DNA of 64,000 bases, taken from assembly GCA_964658305.1 (NCBI GenBank), contig OZ210885.1:17918001-17982000 (forward strand), written 5' to 3'. The position numbers and the translations under genes are program-made. Below are positions 24,885-37,640 of the stretch, piece by piece; position 1 is the first letter of the stretch, and every line of letters starts with the position of its first letter. Below the pieces are notes generated by a model, which saw only the letters and a list, made by a program, of their open reading frames with translations, was not told the DNA's origin and made no database searches. This DNA comes from Leptogorgia sarmentosa (taxonomy: Eukaryota).

Positions 24885-26590
24885 CCTATTACAACACACA
24901 TTGTTAGCTTTATCATGCACATTTAAAATAAAAGCTTGCATGTAAATGTTTTAAAATAAAAGCTCGAATATAAGAGTTTAAAAATACGAGTTCGAATATA
25001 AGAGTTTAAAATTAAGAGCTTGAATAAAAAAGTTTAAATATACGGGTTTAAAATAATCACTCCCTCTGTGACGTTTGTAGCGCTGTATCGCTACATATAA
25101 GTACACATGTTTTTGTTAGCTTTGTAACGCTACACCATTATTACAACACACATTGTTAGCTTTGTCGCGCTACATTAAATTAAAAATATTCATATAAGCT
25201 TGAATATAGATGTTTAAAAATAAGAGTTCATATTTTAAATGTTTGAAAATAAAACTTTGGCCCTTTCGCAATATATGGGCAGATATATTTAATATCGAAA
25301 TAGGTCAGGGTCAGAACAGTGGTTCGGGTCAGGGTTACTGATTGTGACAATACATGTGCGCCTCTGTATCACAATACAATATATATTTGACATTTATTCT
25401 ACTGTCACACGTCCTTTTAAGTCACACACACACAGTCTTTCACTGAAAATTATACCTTTTTTATATGTGTATACAAGTTCCCTTTTTAATAACATGCACA
25501 TGTGTCTGGAATACATGTCGCGACACGCTGTTGGCATTCTGCATACAAATTCCCTCGCTAACCGCTGTCTGAATAAATGCTAACTTATCCCTGCATAAAT
25601 TAATGCTAACCACTGTCTGAACAATTAACGTCTTGCATACTAATTACTTCTGTTGCTATACGTACGGGAAAACCTACTAACATTATTGGTCTAGTATTGG
25701 CCTTATTTTAGAGAACATTATTGGTCTAGTATTAGCCTTATTTTAGAGAACATTATTGGTCTAGTATTGGCCTTATTTTAGAGAACATTATTGGTCTAGC
25801 ATTGGCCTTATTTTAGAGAGCATTATTGGTCTAGTATTGGCCTTAATTTAGAGAAGACTATTGTCTAATATTGGCCTAATTTTAGAGAACATTATTGGTC
25901 TAGTATTGGTCTAGTATTGGCCATATTTTAGAGAAGATTATTGGTCTAATATTGGCCTAATTTTAGAGAACATTATTGGTCTAGTATTGGCCATATTTTA
26001 GAGAAGATTATTGGTCTAGTATTGGCCTTATTTTAGAGAAGATTATTGCTCTAGTATTGGCCTTATTTTAGAGAACATTATTGGTCTAGTATTGGCATTA
26101 TTTTAGAGAACATTATTGGTCTAGTATTGGTCTTAATTTAGAAAACATTATTGCTCTAATATTGGCCTTATTTTAGAGAACATTATTGGTCTAATATTGG
26201 CCTTATTTTAGAGAACATTATTGGTCTAGTATTAGCCTTATTTTAGAGACCATTATTGGTCTAGTATTGGCCTTATTTTAGAGAACATTATTGGTCTAGT
26301 ATTTGCCTTATTTTAGAGATGATTATTGTCTAATATTGGCCTAATTTTAGAGAACATTATGTTGACAGTTATATATTAACTTAGCGGCACTTTGGCGCCA
26401 TAGGACTAATTAGCATGCAACGTGTTTAAGTTGAGAGAGACAGAGACTCGAGGATGTAATTTATATTCGGGAAAGTTAATGTTTACAAACGAATAAATAT
26501 AGACAAAATCTGAAAGAGGAAGAGCCTTTAAACATGGTGTCAGGATAATCGACTAAAACAAGAACCCACTAAGCGAAGAATACAGCGAAT

Positions 26591-27580
26591 ATGAGCGAAG
26601 GTAGCAGCTCGTCGACCGAAGCAATGGAAACATCGTCGGCGGAGACAACGACCGGTGCCACAGCAAGTCATGCACCACTTTTGCCGCCAGGGTTAGCAAT
26701 GCCCAAACCCCTACAAATCGAAGGAAATTTGGCCACAAACTGGAAGAGGTTCAAGCGAAATTGGGATAACTACGCAATCGTTGCGAGGCTTAACCGCTCT
26801 GAAGAGAATTTTAAGACAGCGACATTTCTCTCATGCATTGGCGTAGCTGCTCTCGAGATTTTCGAAGGAATGGATTTTCCTACCGACGAAGACCGCAACA
26901 AATACGAAGTTGTCGTTACGAAATTCAGCGAACTGTGTCTCGGGGAGACGAACAAGACTTATGAACGATTCATCTTTAACAGCCGACAGAAAAGCGACAA
27001 GGAATCAATTGATCAATACGTCACAACACTGCGAAAACTCGCCCAAACGTGCAATTTTTGTGCATGTTTGCACGACTCCCTCATCTGTGATCGCTTAGTA
27101 CTTGGGATCAATGACAGCGCGACACAGAAGAAGCTCCTACAAGACCGAAAACTAACATTATCTAAAGCGATTGACATTTGTCGCAGCAACGAAACAATGA
27201 AAAAGCAGCTCAAGAGTCTCAAACAAAGCAACGAAGAGGGAATTAATATGGTCAACAACAAAAATGCACCCGAAAAGCTACAAACCCGCGAGCAACCCGC
27301 ACGCGGGCGATGTAGGTATTGCAATGGATCACATCCGAGAAAAAAAGAGCTGTGTCCAGCGTTTGGCAAGAAATGCAACCACTGTGGCCGCGCCAATCAC
27401 TTTGCCAATGCATGCCTCCAAAAGAAGAACCCTCAACAACATCCAATTCACGCAGTAGATGAAAACCGCTCAAGTGTTTCAGGGGACTCAGTGATGACAG
27501 TTGAATTGATTACACCTATTGAAGACATCCTGTCAGTAAAAAACGCACCTACCCATCATCACGCCTCTTCGCAACCATGA
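26591..27580 (+). CDS. gag: Gypsy Gag
   Basis: NWKRFKRNW motif, QKSDKESIDQY region, tandem zinc knuckles CRYC...H...C and CNHCGRANHFANAC. Confidence 0.88.
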   Translation: MSEGSSSSTEAMETSSAETTTGATASHAPLLPPGLAMPKPLQIEGNLATNWKRFKRNWDNYAIVARLNRSEENFKTATFLSCIGVAALEIFEGMDFPTDEDRNKYEVVVTKFSELCLGETNKTYERFIFNSRQKSDKESIDQYVTTLRKLAQTCNFCACLHDSLICDRLVLGINDSATQKKLLQDRKLTLSKAIDICRSNETMKKQLKSLKQSNEEGINMVNNKNAPEKLQTREQPARGRCRYCNGSHPRKKELCPAFGKKCNHCGRANHFANACLQKKNPQQHPIHAVDENRSSVSGDSVMTVELITPIEDILSVKNAPTHHHASSQP

Positions 27581-30500
27581 AAATCAAACAAGGCAAAGAT
27601 ACCAAATTCCAAATCGACACAGGCGCAACGTGTAACGTTCTCAAGAAGAGCGAACTAAGCGGTACAAAATACGAACGGAAAATCAAGCCAACCGCACAAG
27701 TGCTGAAAATGTATAATAATTCTGCCATTACGCCTGTCGGAAAATGCAAAGTCCAACTACAGAATATTACCACCAAGAAGAAATACAAAGTCCAGTTCAC
27801 AATCATCAATGACCAGGATGCCACAAGCAACCTTCTGGGGTGTAGCACTGTTCAAAGTCTTGGACTTATTCACACGACGGCGCCTAACCAACCAATACGC
27901 CACAATGCCAACATATCACAAGTAATCTCCGATAGCTCCCACAACAAAGCAGGAATGACAATGGAAGATATCAAGACCTCTTACAGTGACGTATTTGAAG
28001 GACTTGGACTTCTTGGTCCTGAACTACACCTCGAAGTGGATGAAACCGCCAAACCAGTTCAGATGCCACCATGCAAGGTCCCTGAATCCCTCAAGGAGCC
28101 ACTAAAAGCCCACCTAGACGAGCTTGTTGCCCTCAGTGTCATTGAAAAGGTAGAAACCCCAACGGAATGGATTAGCTCTATAGTGGTAGCCCCAAAACCA
28201 AACGGAAAAATTAGGCTATGCCTTGACCCCCGGCCACTGAACAAAGCCCTAAAGCGATGCCACCACCCACTGCCCAACATTGAAGATATACTTCCAGAGC
28301 TGGCCAACGTGAAAGTATTTACCAAAGTGGATTGCAAAAACGGCTATTGGCAAGTCAAACTAGACGAAGAATCATCGCTACTTACGACGTTCAACACACC
28401 GTGGGGAAGACACAAGTGGAAACGCATGCCTTTCGGAATTTCGCCCGCTGGCGAAATTTTCCAACAGCGCCTAGACCAAGCCATCGCAGACCTAGACGGA
28501 GTTAGAACCATAGCAGACGACATTCTGATAACCGGAAACGGAGCAACCATGGAGGATGCCATCATTGATCATGACCAGAAATTAAAGAAGCTACTTGATC
28601 GGTGTCGTAGCCAGCAGATCATGCTCAACAGCGATAAGGTCCTACTGACGAAAACATCTATGCCCTACATTGGCCACATCCTCACATCAAATGGCATCCA
28701 AGCAGATCCAGGAAAGATCCAAGCCATACTCAACATGCAGCCACCTCAAGATGTAGCAGGTGTCAGAAGAATATTAGGTACTGTGAACTACCTAGCAAAA
28801 TTTCTCCCACACCTCTCGGAAGTTTCAGAGCCCCTTCGCCAACTCACTAAGAAGGAGAAACCTTTCCACTGGGACAGCACACACAACCAGGCATTCGGCG
28901 CGATCAAACATCTTATCACCTAGCCACCTGTCCTGAAATACTACGAGCCTACTCGTCCATTAGTCCTACAATGCAATGCAAGTGACCATGGCTTAGGTGC
29001 AGCACTTATCCAGGACGGCAAGCCCATTGCATTCGCCAGCAGAGCGCTAACCGACGCTGAACGAAATTACGCCCAAATCGAAAAAGAGCTTTTGGCAATC
29101 GTATATGGAACAACCCGCTTCCATCAATACACATATGGTCGCTCTGTCATGGTGGAAACAGATCACAAGCCCCTCGAAATGATATCTCAGAAACCCCTTT
29201 CCACTGCTCCGAGGCGTCTCCAGAAGATGATGATGACGTTACAACACTACGACCTCAACATCAAGTACAAAAGAGGAAGCGAGATGTACCTGGCCGACAC
29301 TCTCAGTCGCCACCATTTAGAAAACACCAACAACGTTGAAACCGTTCCGCCCCCTACGTCCACAACAGAGGAACTCGCCGATGTCGCCGGAATAGAAGAA
29401 ATAAATCAGCTGATAACAAACAAAGCCACCCTGAGGCGGTTCCAGGCCGAAACCACAAACGACGAAAACCTGCGAGTGGTAAAAGAATACATCCACAATG
29501 GATGGCCCGACAACCCAAAAGGATTAAACCCAAAGATAATTCCATTCTTCCACGTGCAAGATGAATTAGTGACGACCGACGGCCTCGTATTTCCCGGAGA
29601 CAGACTAGTCGTTCCGACGTCGCTGAGACGACAGATGTTGATTGAACTTCATGCGGCCCATCAAGGACTTGAATCGTCCATGCGCAGAGCTAGAGAAAGC
29701 ATTTACTGGCCCCACATCACCCAAGAACTGCGAGACCACATCGCACGCTGCGACGCCTGCTCGACCTACCATGACAAACAACCCAAAGAACCACTAGTTT
29801 CGCATGAAGTACCTAACAGAGCCTGGGCGAAAATTGGCTGTGATCTAATGGAGTATCGAGAACAAAAATTACCTTGTAACCGTCGACTACTTCTCAAATT
29901 TCTTTGAAATTGACCGCCTTGAGCAAGCCACAACACATCACGTGACAAAAAAACTCAAAGCACATTTCGCGAGATACGGAATTCCCGAGACAGTCGTTAC
30001 AGATAATGGTGCACAATTCATTAGCAACGATTTTAACACATTTAGTACAAAATATGAATTTAAACACGTTCGCTCTAGCCCACACCATCATAAATCCAAC
30101 GGAATGGCCGAGTCAGCAGTAAAACAAGCAAAGAAAATGATGAAAAAGTGCAAAGAGTCTGGAGACGACCCATACCTTGCCCTCCTAACGATCCAAAACA
30201 CGCCACAGCAACATCACGTGACGAGTCCCGCACAACGCCTTTTGAATCGACGAAGAAGGACCCGCCTACTGGCGCATGCCAAACTGTTAAAACCGAAGCT
30301 AAACAAGCGCACAGCACAAAATATCAAGAAAGCAAAAGAGATACAAAAAAAATACTACGATCGAAGAAGCAAACAACTGGAGCCGTTAGAAAAGGGCGAC
30401 ATCGTGAGAATGCAACCGATTAAATTATGCAAGAAGTGGAAGAAAGGCCGCGTCGTCCAAAAAGTGGGGATTCGTGCGTATGAAGTAGAATGCCAAGGGT

Positions 30501-30781
30501 ACAAATATATTCGGAACCGAAAATTCCTGCGACGCGAAGTACCTACGGGAACGAATGGGGACGAAAGTAACTCTCACGAAGACGATCCACCTGCTTTACC
30601 AGAAGAGCAACAAAACGGTGACACAGGAGCCACGACTAACATCAACACAGAAGAACCCATCGACGTCCCAGAACAAACAAGTCAAAACGAGACTGCAGAA
30701 AACCCACAACAGTCAAGGAAGACACGCAGCGGTCGAAACATCTTAAAGCCAGCCCGACTTGGATTTGAAACGGAAGGATAA
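27577..30781 (+). pseudogene. pol: Gypsy Pol (PR-RT-RNaseH-IN), disrupted
   Basis: DTGA, MPFG, ADD, ETDHKPL, HHCC, TDNG and NGMAES motifs; TAG at 28921; frameshift near 29860. Confidence 0.92.
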
Positions 30782-33139
30782 CGCCCTAACGGACAGAACA
30801 AACGCGTCTCTCCAAAAGGAGGGAAGATGTTGACAGTTATATATTAACTTAGCGGCACTTTGGCGCCATAGGACTAATTAGCATGCAACGTGTTTAAGTT
30901 GAGAGAGACAGAGACTCGAGGATGTAATTTATATTCGGGAAAGTTAATGTTTACAAACGAATAAATATAGACAAAATCTGAAAAAGGAAGAGCCTTTAAA
31001 CACATTATTAGTCTAGTATTGGTCTAGTATTGCCCATATTTTAGAGAACATTATTGGTCTAGTATTGGTCTTAATTTAGAGAACATTATTGGTCTAGCAT
31101 TGGCCTTTTTTTAGAGAACATTATTGGTCTAGTATTGGCCTTAATTTAGAGAACATTATTGTCTAATATTGGCCTTATTTTAGAGAACATTATTGGTCTA
31201 GTATTGGCCTTATTTTAGAGAACATTATTGGTCTAGTATTGGCCTTAATTTAGAGAACATTATTGGTCTAGCATTGGCCTTAATTTAGAGAACATTATTG
31301 TCTAATATTGGCCTTATTTTAGAGAACATTATTGGTCTAATATTGGCCTTATTTTAGAGAACATTATTGGTCTAGTATTAGCCTTATTTTAGAGAACATT
31401 ATTGGTCTAGTATTGGCCTTATTTTAGAGAACATTATTGGTCTAGTATAGGCCTTATTTTAGAGAACATTATTGGTCTAGTATTGGCCTTATTTTAGAGA
31501 ACATTATTGGTCTAGTATTAGCCTTATTTTAGAGATGATTATTGTGTAATATTGGCCTAATTTTAGAGAACATTATTGGTCTAGTATTGGTCTAGTATTG
31601 GCCTGAATTTAGGGAACATTAGTGGTCTAGTATTGGCCATATTTTAGAGAACATTATTGGTCTAGTATTAGCCTTATTTTAGAGAACATTATTCGTCTAG
31701 TATTGGCCTTATTTTAGAGAACATTATTGGTCTAGTATAGGCCTTATTTTAGAGAACATTATTGGTCTAGTATTGGCCTTATTTTAGAGAACATTATTGG
31801 TCTAGTATTAGCCTTATTTTAGAGATGATTATTGTGTAATATTGGCCTAATTTTAGAGAACATTATTGGTCTAGTATTGGCCTGAATTTAGAGAACATTA
31901 GTGGTCTAGTATTGGCCATATTTTAGAGAAGATTATTGGTCTAGTATTGGCCTTATTTTAGAGAAGATTATTGGTCTAGTATTGGCCTTATTTTAGAGAA
32001 CATTATTGGTCTAATATTGGACTTATTTTAGAGAACATTATTGCTCTAGTATTGGCCTTATTTTAGAGAACATTATTGGTCTAGTATTGGTATTAATTTA
32101 GAAAACATTATTGTCTAATTGGCCTTATTTTAGAGAACATTGTTGGTCTAGTATTGGCCTTATTTTAGAGAACAGTATTGGTCTAGTATTGGCCTTAATT
32201 TAGAGAACATTATTGGTCTAGTATTGGCCTTATTTTAGAGAACATTATTGGTCTAGTATTGGCCTTAATTTAGAGAACATTATTGGTCTAGTATTGGCCT
32301 TATTTTAGGGAAGATTATTGGTCTAGTATTGGCCATATTTTAGAGAACATTATTGTCTAATATTGGCCTTATTTTAGAGAAGATTATTGGTCTAGTATTG
32401 GCCATATTTTAGAGAACATTATTGGTCTAGTATTGGCCTTATTTTAGAGAACATTATTGGTCTAGTATTGGCCTTAATTTAGAGAACATTATTGGTCTAG
32501 TATTGGCCATATTTTAGAGAACATTATTGTCTAATATTGGCCTTATTTTAGAGAACATTATTGGTCTAGTATTGGCCTTATTTTAGAGAACATTATTGGT
32601 CTAGTATTGGCCTTATTTTAGAGAACATTATTGGTCTAGTATTGGCCTTAATTTAGAGAACATTATTGGTCTAGTATTGGCCATATTTTAGAGAACATTA
32701 TTGTCTAATATTGGCCTTATTTTAGAGAACATTATTGGTCTAGTATTGGCCTTATTTTAGGGAAGATTATTGGTCTAGTATTGGCCTTATTTTAGAGAAC
32801 ATTATTGGTCTAGTATTGGCCTTATTTTAGAGAACATTATTGGTCTAGTACTGGCCTTATTTTAGAGAACATTATTGTCTAATATTGGCCTAATTTTAGA
32901 GAACATTATTAGTCTAGTATTGGTCTAGTATTGGCCATATTTTAGAGAACATTATTGGTCCAGTATTGGCCTTATTTTAGAGAAGATTATTGGTCTAGTA
33001 TTGGCCTTATTTTAGAGAACATTATTGGTCTAGTATTGGCATTATTTTAGAGAGCATTATTGGTCTAGTATTGGCCTTAATTTAGAGAACATTATTGGTC
33101 TAGCATTGGCCTTATTTTAGAGAACATTTGGTAGGCAGC

Positions 33140-35694
33140 TGTGTAGGCATATTTTGCACTCTGAACAAGAGAGTTTATCCATGAGCTTTACCACAATATA
33201 TGAAGAAATATAGAAAAGAACATCCTGAATAAATTCGCTATGCTCCTGAAATTCTAAACATTCACACATGAGGTTCATTTCATTTTCCTCACTGGAATTT
33301 GAACCACCCTCTTCGTTCTCTTCAGCCTGTTTTCCACTGATTTTTGTCTGATGCTTTCTTGTGTGAAAAATTGGAATAATGTTACATTGTTACTGCAGCC
33401 AGTGAAATCAACACAGTTTGCATTCTTTGATGCTGTTATAGCATTCCGCATGAGCATTTTCCTGAGAGCGTACTTCATTTGAAGGCAATTGGGATTATTA
33501 TTCCACCCTCCTCTGGAACGTATACATGAGAATAGTAGTTCAAGGTGGTAAATAGTTGAAAGGTTTAGTAGTTGGTTCAAACATTTGGTTATCCATTGAA
33601 ATAGTTGATTTTATACAGGCCAGGAATCCAATTATGAATGTTCTCCTCTTGGTGTGATACAGTTGTCGAGGATGTTCTGCATTTGTTTTCAATTTCAAAA
33701 GGTACTCTGCCTTTGATAAGAAGGATGCTTGCCATTTTTCTCTGTCGGAAACTTTTAATGGTTTTTGAAACCTTTCCCTATTGGGCTTCTAGAATTTAAC
33801 ATGTCAAAAAGTTCATCAATTGTTCGAATAAAGGTGGTTGTCCCTTTGCTGTTGCTTGACAAGTTCTTTGTTCTTGCTTGACAAGTTCTTTGTTCTGTCC
33901 AGATACTCAATCGCATCTGCCACCGAGGAACTTAGAGTTTGTGCAGCGAGACTCTTCGATATGTGCCCATCTTATAATATTGTCATCTCCATCAGTAAAA
34001 GATCCCATATCTGCCAGTGCATTCCGAGCCAGTTTTAACATGTGGCAGGGGTCGAGAATTGCAAAGACATCTTCATTGGTGTATCAAGATGGCGCCATTG
34101 CATGAACAACAACATTTTATTACCACGTGACCCCCGACATAGGGGGCCCAACCACATATTGTAACAATTGGTTATTGGATTCTTGAAGGAAGGTTTCATC
34201 GATTCATAGTTGCCAGAAAATTGGCAACCCAGTATTTCGAATGTGCTAATGTTAACAGCTGTGCCATCTGCTGTTACTGACCATACTTTTAATTTAGCAT
34301 TTGCAGCTTTTTCAAGACATTTATTCACCAGTGTGGCTTGGTCATTTGCATTCATCTTATCAGTCAAGAAGTATCCCACAGGACATTTCCAGTGACTTCT
34401 TGTGCCTACTAGAAGAAAAACCAAAGCTTCTGTAACGAATTTGTCTGGATGTTCATTAGGAATCTCATTTCCGAGGTCTACAAATCCTGTGTACGAGGCT
34501 TTTTGTGGAGTCCAAATGGTTTGTTTGTGGATAGACATTGCATCTATCACCAAACAGCAATCTTTATTTATATCCGATTCGGCTACCATCTGAGAAAGGG
34601 ATGTGAAAGCCTCGTGGATAAATCCTGGGTCACACTTGAAGGAACACCACTTCCTAATCATTGATGGGTTTGGGTTTGGGAGTGGAACTAAAGATCTGAC
34701 ATATTTATATGTTCTGGGAGAATAGAAGTACAATGTCAAAGCAAATTCCTTAATTTCATCACTGTATCTTCTAGCTCATGGGTTAGACTTGATGTTGTCC
34801 TTAAAGTTGTAAAGAAACTTGAATTGAGTGTTGTTGAGGGTGGACTGTAGAGCTTGTGATTCTTCAGAATTTAAAACTAATTTTTCTTCAAGAAATTGAA
34901 TGACTTCATGCATGGTATTCATCTTCTTCTTGGTTCTTCTTAGTTTTTGCTGTAGGGCACGTATTTTTTTCTGTAACCTGTTGTGTAAGTCATCTCTTTC
35001 ATCACCTGGAACAACTTGTGGCCTTTTTTCTGGCAGTAAAATTGCATTTGCTGGGCATGGTCTCTTGTTTATTCTCATGTTCAGTTCCTCATCATGTGCT
35101 ACTAATGTTGGTGGGTCAGAAGGTACAGTTGAATTGGATGGAAAAGCATATTTTTTAAGTCGACATGTGTTGTTTGATGAAGGTGGTAGGATATAATCAG
35201 TTGACTGGAAATGTTTGCTGCATAAACGACTGTATTTGTCTGCTTGCCATGGCTTTTCATTCACCTTTTGAACATAATTCTCCCAATATTTCAGCAGAGC
35301 ATTATTTTTTAAAGGAAATCTGCAACAACAATTTTTAAATTTGCTATGTAGTTTTAGTTTTTCTCACTTTTCTGTCTTTCTGCTTGTCTCAGTCATTTTT
35401 TTTTTATAGGTGATGTATACAATGGTGAAAGTCAAAATGTGTGTTTTTTCTGTATTTTAGTGTTGGGAAATAGGAAAAAGAGGCTTGTTTTTTTTGTTAT
35501 ATTTTTTAAAAGTACTCAGTATCATATTTAATGTTTGTTTTATTTTTTATATTCACACTTTTTTCAACATAACTCGACGTTATTTGAAGTTTTAGTAAAG
35601 TTTTTACAAAACATAAATACCTGTGAAATGGAATAGCTTCAGCAGAAGAATGTGCTCCACTAGTACACCCACGTATTACACATTCGACTGGCAT
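33140..35694 (-). pseudogene. THAP9/P-element transposase remnant
   Basis: THAP domain (CVIRGC..FHR, intron, FP..W..LCSKHF); motifs LVIDAM, VTADG, DPCHMLKLARN and HLELLFSCIRSRGGWNNNP; multiple frameshifts and deletions; 3' end abuts the satellite. Confidence 0.88.
34080..34166 (-). mobile_element. Very short solo LTR (87 bp) in the P transposase
   Basis: TG...CA ends; 5-bp TSD ATTGG; AATAAA on the minus strand; removal restores NPITN-EDVFAILDPCH. Confidence 0.75.
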
Positions 35695-37069
35695 GTTTTT
35701 CGTGTAATTAAATAACCAAATAGCTATGTATATGTATTAATAAAGTGAATTTTTTTGCAGTGAAATTGTCTTTCGTCTTTAACAAACAGTGTTAAAATGC
35801 GCTATGAGTTTTTCCCTGGAAGGGTTGTTAATAGTAGTTGCCTGGTAATTCAATTCGTCAGGGTCTCGGGGATGTTCATGCAAAAAAAACATGAGTATTT
35901 TCAGTCATTGCTATCTATTTATTTCTCATTTATTGCTCATACGAGCTGTTATAGTTGTGTATGGATGTAGGTTGAAGGTACATAAAAATTATTTTTCGCA
36001 GTCAGCCTTGAAAAGGCGTTTTATCGTTATCGAGTGTTTTCCTGCTTCACTTGCCATTCGAAAAACAAAAAAAGATAACATGAGTGTAAATTCAAAAGAA
36101 AAGCTAAGCATAATATTTGTGAATTTCATTAAAAAACACAAACTTTATAAAAAAAATCTTTCGCCGGCAGCGACATGATTGATAATTTGATATTTGTGTT
36201 TTGGCCGCGCTTGTCTGTTGCCTAGAAAAGACTGGGTTCTAACCGGAAATCTCGGCTTCAATTTCCGGCCGCAGTTCGCACACAGGGGGCAGAAAAGTAC
36301 AATTGTGTTTTATAAATACGTTGTCATCAACCTATATCTTGTATTTATTATATCACAACAATCTGCAGACAAAGTCATAAAAGGATCAACATTGGTTGAT
36401 TTTTATTTTTTCGATAATATCACGCCTTCTACTATGAGGTGTGATATCTGCCAAAATTCATTCATTGAATTATGCTATTTAGAGTTGCATTTATGCCATT
36501 CAGTTATGCAATTACAAAATGCTTATTTGCAAGTATGGCGAGTTTCATTCGGTGAGAAATTGCATTCGGCAAGAAATTGCATTCGGCAAGAAATTGCATT
36601 CGGCAAGAAATTGCATTCGGCAAGAAATTGCATTCGGCAAGAAATTTCATTCGGTGAGAAATTTCATTCGGGGTGGCACTCAGAAACCAAAATTCGACAA
36701 CCGGAAGTGAGAGCCTTATTTGGACATAAAAAGGCACGAAAATGCTAATTCTAACATGGCGGACAATGAAGGTCGCCAGTGAGCAATTGCCTTACTGCAG
36801 GAAGCTACAAGATTGATCGGGGAAGAATCTGAATCTGTAAACATTGAGACAAATCAATACGCGATTTCCCAGGGTCAACAACATCATGAAGGAACGGAGA
36901 ATACCCAAAGACCCCTGCATAACGCATCACGACGTACTAGTACAAGTTCGACACGTTCTCCATCATTATCAGCCATCAATAATAGTGTTAGGGAACGATC
37001 TTTAGGAAATTTCAGAGATCTGTTTGCCCCTTATAGGAGTACTAATCGAGGTCTCAGTTCCTCAAACCA

Positions 37070-37640
37070 AGAAATAATATTTCCTCGGAAGGTACTTACC
37101 TGAAGGGGAGATATGGTTCTCCGAACTCCTTCGAAGACTGATACGAGCAATACTGGTGCAGTTCGCGGCGCGCGACGGCTTGGAACCCACGATTTTAATT
37201 CATTGATACGCATGCGTGCTGACATCCTCTTCTTTCGTGGGCAAGCTTCAGTTTAACTCACGAAATTCGCTTCAAAATCCTTCAAAAAAGTCATCCATCC
37301 GGAACTAATTTATCTATTTTATGCAAGCATGACGTCTGAAAAGGTAAGTGCTAAATATCCCAAGCTGTATTCATATATTAAAAAACGTTTTAGATCGAAT
37401 AATTTAGGGTACTGCGGTTATACGTCGCCTGATGGAAAAATTGATTATTGCGCTGGATTATTCCGATGGAATATATTGAGTATATCTCCTGCAGGTACCC
37501 ATCTCGCAGGTAGATTAATGCATTATTCGTCTAGAGTACCCGCTCGACGAATACGTATGAAAAAATTCGATAGTATATACTAATATATACTTACACAATG
37601 TTAAAATGACCTGGTTTCCTGCAGGTACCCATCTCGCAGG
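37070..37640. mobile_element. Unclassified 571-bp insertion in the first exon of the cargo gene
   Basis: Flanked by AACCA; removal restores the reading frame; internal direct repeat CCTGCAGGTACCCATCTCGCAGG (37488-37510, 37618-37640). Confidence 0.6.

Larger units (their letters stand above)
1..25678. mobile_element. Polinton/Maverick (adintovirus-type) endogenous virus, degenerate; left part lies outside the window, right end tentative
   Basis: Clustered ATPase, cysteine protease, MCP, penton, rve integrase and pPolB genes in 1-11878 (high confidence). Sequence upstream of PolB is continuous across three TSD-bounded hAT insertions and ends in ...AAACCTACT at 25678 (reverse complement AGTAGG, Polinton-like AG...CT end) directly against satellite DNA. 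The right boundary is inferred. Confidence 0.85.
26360..31002 (+). mobile_element. Full-length Ty3/Gypsy LTR retrotransposon (Mag-like)
   Basis: 175-bp LTRs at 26360-26534 and 30828-31002 (TG...CA, one visible mismatch); TSD CATTA; PBS TGGTGTCAG (tRNA-Leu-like); PPT AAAAGGAGGGAAGA. Confidence 0.96.
25679..33128. repeat. 35-bp satellite array (25679-26359 and 31003-33128), interrupted by the Gypsy element
   Basis: Consensus AACATTATTGGTCTAGTATTGGCCTTATTTTAGAG, head to tail with no spacers, built from about 11-13-bp subrepeats. Confidence 0.97.

Noticed and set aside
25679..33128. CRISPR array
   Set aside because: The 35-bp units are contiguous with no unique spacers, there are no cas genes, and the context is eukaryotic; this is a satellite.
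36194..36748. Repeat-containing ORFs in the TIRs (also 45686-46009 and 55484-55722)
   Set aside because: Artefacts of 17-bp and 21-bp tandem repeats with no domain signal.
37094..37123. U1 snRNA-like 5' end (TACTTACCTGAAGGGGAGATA)
   Set aside because: Only about 20 nt resemble U1; I could not see the stem-loops or Sm site.
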